A DNA stretch of 64,000 bases. It comes from Bacillota bacterium. GTDB lineage: Bacteria; Bacillota; Limnochordia; Darwinibacteriales; Darwinibacteriaceae. The position numbers and the translations under genes were made by a program. The stretch's first letter is position 1. The number at the start of each line of letters is the position of its first letter. The stretch covers positions 1,032 to 65,031 of the forward strand of contig JASGVS010000028.1 of NCBI GenBank assembly GCA_030054835.1, given 5' to 3'. Shown piece by piece: positions 62,572 to 64,000 of the stretch. The notes below the pieces were generated by a model. The model saw only the letters and a list, made by a program, of their open reading frames with translations, did no database searches and had not been told where the DNA came from.

Positions 62572-63325
62572 TAATCTGACCAGAAGAATATTAAGCACTA
62601 CTGGCATCATAGTAGTGCTTATTTTCTGGCACAAACTATCCCAAAACTACCATCCCCTCATTCTGCCTTCACCCCAAGAGACGTTCCAGGCGCTGCAGAA
62701 ATTGTGGCAGTCGGGGTCGCTTTGGGCAAGCACGCTCATCACTTTCCGGAGGACTTTGCTGGGTTATTCTGCCGCGCTGGTGGCGGGCATGTTCACCGCT
62801 TTGCTCTTTTCCACCTGCCGTTTTCTGCAGGATCTATTCCGTCCTATCATTACAGTTACTCAGATTATCCCACCGGTCATTTGGATCGTGTTAGCCGTCA
62901 TTTGGTTTGGCATTGCGGATGATTTAACTCCCATTTTCCTGATCTTCATCGTCACCTTTCCGGTGGTGTTTATCAACATTTTTTCCGGTTTGGAGAGCGT
63001 TGACTTGAGACTCGTGGAAATGGCTGAGGTGTACCGTTGTTCCAGAAGAAAAATAATGCTAGACGTTTATCTTCCTGCTCTAGTTCCCCATGTTGTCTCT
63101 GCAGTTAGCTTGGGTTTGTCCTTTGCCTGGAAATCTACAATCTTTGCGGAGTTCATCGGCAGTTCCAGCGGAATTGGCTTTGTCATCAGTATGGCCAACG
63201 CCAATCTGGAAACGGAGAAGCTCTTCGCCTGGGCCATCGTTTTAATCTTGTTGATGCTGGTGTTTGAATACGGGATCTTAACTCCCCTAAACAAAAGGGT
63301 GACAAGGTGGAAGCGGCATGACTAA
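62546..63325 (+). CDS. ABC transporter permease (SsuC/TauC family)
   Basis: Polytopic with EAA-like loop EMAEVYRCSRRKIMLDVYLPAL. Start is ATG 62546 or GTG 62531. Confidence 0.8.
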   Translation: MKTSISKGNNLTRRILSTTGIIVVLIFWHKLSQNYHPLILPSPQETFQALQKLWQSGSLWASTLITFRRTLLGYSAALVAGMFTALLFSTCRFLQDLFRPIITVTQIIPPVIWIVLAVIWFGIADDLTPIFLIFIVTFPVVFINIFSGLESVDLRLVEMAEVYRCSRRKIMLDVYLPALVPHVVSAVSLGLSFAWKSTIFAEFIGSSSGIGFVISMANANLETEKLFAWAIVLILLMLVFEYGILTPLNKRVTRWKRHD

Positions 63326-64000
63326 GAACACGATAACCCTAGAACTAAACCAGATCCATAAGGGCTTCAAAAACACCAGCGGGGAGCTGAAGGTACTCGC
63401 AGATATTTCCCTCACAGTCCAGGCCGGCGAGATTATTGCCTTGATTGGTCCCTCTGGGTGTGGGAAGACAACACTGCTCAACATTATCTCTGGCATAGCA
63501 GCACCTGATCGAGGAACGTTAAGGCAGAGCCCCAGCCTTCGCCTGGCTTATGTTTTCCAAGAACCGCGCCTACTTCCCTGGAAAACGGTGGAGGGTAACA
63601 TTAGGTTTGTGCAGGACAACTTCTTGGCGGCACAGGAAGGGAAAGAAGTGAGGGAGAAACTTCTGCAGAAAACGGGTCTTTTAGCCTACAAAGACTCCTA
63701 TCCCGCCCAGCTGAGCGGCGGGATGAAACAGAGGCTGGAGCTGGTCCGAGCTTTAGCAATTAAGCCTCAGCTGCTGTTAATGGACGAACCCTTTAAGTCC
63801 CTCGATCTGGCCCTGAAATTTGACCTACAGCGGCTTCTCCTGACAGAACACGAACAGGAGGGGTTCGCTCTACTCTTCACTACCCACGATCCAGACGAGG
63901 CGGTTATGCTGGCTGATCGGGTGGTTGTGCTCTCGGATAAACCAACTCAGATCCACCAAGAGATGGTGATCGGTCTCACACGGGAAAAGCGCACCAAGAC
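63318..64000 (+). CDS. ABC transporter ATP-binding protein (3' end beyond window)
   Basis: My own translation from ATG 63318: GPSGCGKTT Walker A, LSGGMKQR signature, LLLMDEPF Walker B. The frame is open to the window edge. The ATG overlaps the permease stop. Confidence 0.85.
   Translation, partial: MTKNTITLELNQIHKGFKNTSGELKVLADISLTVQAGEIIALIGPSGCGKTTLLNIISGIAAPDRGTLRQSPSLRLAYVFQEPRLLPWKTVEGNIRFVQDNFLAAQEGKEVREKLLQKTGLLAYKDSYPAQLSGGMKQRLELVRALAIKPQLLLMDEPFKSLDLALKFDLQRLLLTEHEQEGFALLFTTHDPDEAVMLADRVVVLSDKPTQIHQEMVIGLTREKRTK

Noticed and set aside
1-64000. Mobile elements, prophage, defence islands, CRISPR, tRNA/rRNA.
   Set aside because: - Reading the ORF translations and the intergenic regions showed no transposase, integrase, recombinase, restriction-modification or Cas-like protein.
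- I found no long inverted or direct terminal repeats and no tRNA-like cloverleaf regions.
- The window looks like core metabolic and regulatory genome.

Overview
64-kb chromosomal segment that looks like core genome of an anaerobic Gram-positive bacterium. The gene content is Clostridia-like: glycyl-radical pyruvate formate-lyase, lysine fermentation and a multimeric NAD(P)H-linked [FeFe]-hydrogenase. I support about 70 protein-coding genes, mostly on the + strand and tightly packed in operons. I recognised no rRNA, tRNA, CRISPR array, transposase, integrase or prophage.

Main blocks, in order:
- Mrp/NBP35 ATPase.
- ECF sigma / anti-sigma / SIMPL operon (minus strand).
- dCache-GGDEF(degenerate)-EAL protein.
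- Y-family polymerase plus YolD cassette.
- XRE-HTH/DUF4097 protein.
- GNAT plus two half-size ABC exporters.
- pflB with a pflA that is fused to a Crp/Fnr regulator.
- A monocistronic EF-G/TetM-like GTPase fused to a Rae1/YacP NYN nuclease domain.
- A 13-gene lysine fermentation operon: kdd, kamB-like, kamC-like, kamDE, kal, kce, atoDA, kamA, thl, hbd, crt.
- MEDS-HD-GYP protein and a dCache chemoreceptor.
- Zn-ADH.
- DUF2294 gene with a terminator-containing leader.
- Pho locus: pstB-phoU-phoPR and pstSCAB.
- A hydrogenase region: DRTGG / HATPase / HydS-like / DRTGG / PHP genes followed by hydC-HATPase-hydD-hydB-hydA.
- The start of a sulfonate/nitrate-type ABC importer.

The most unusual items are the two domain fusions (GTPase-NYN and PflA-Crp), the uncharacterised accessory module in front of the hydrogenase, and the structured leader of the DUF2294 gene.

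All calls come from reading the supplied translations and the DNA by eye. No database search was run, so family names are motif-based.
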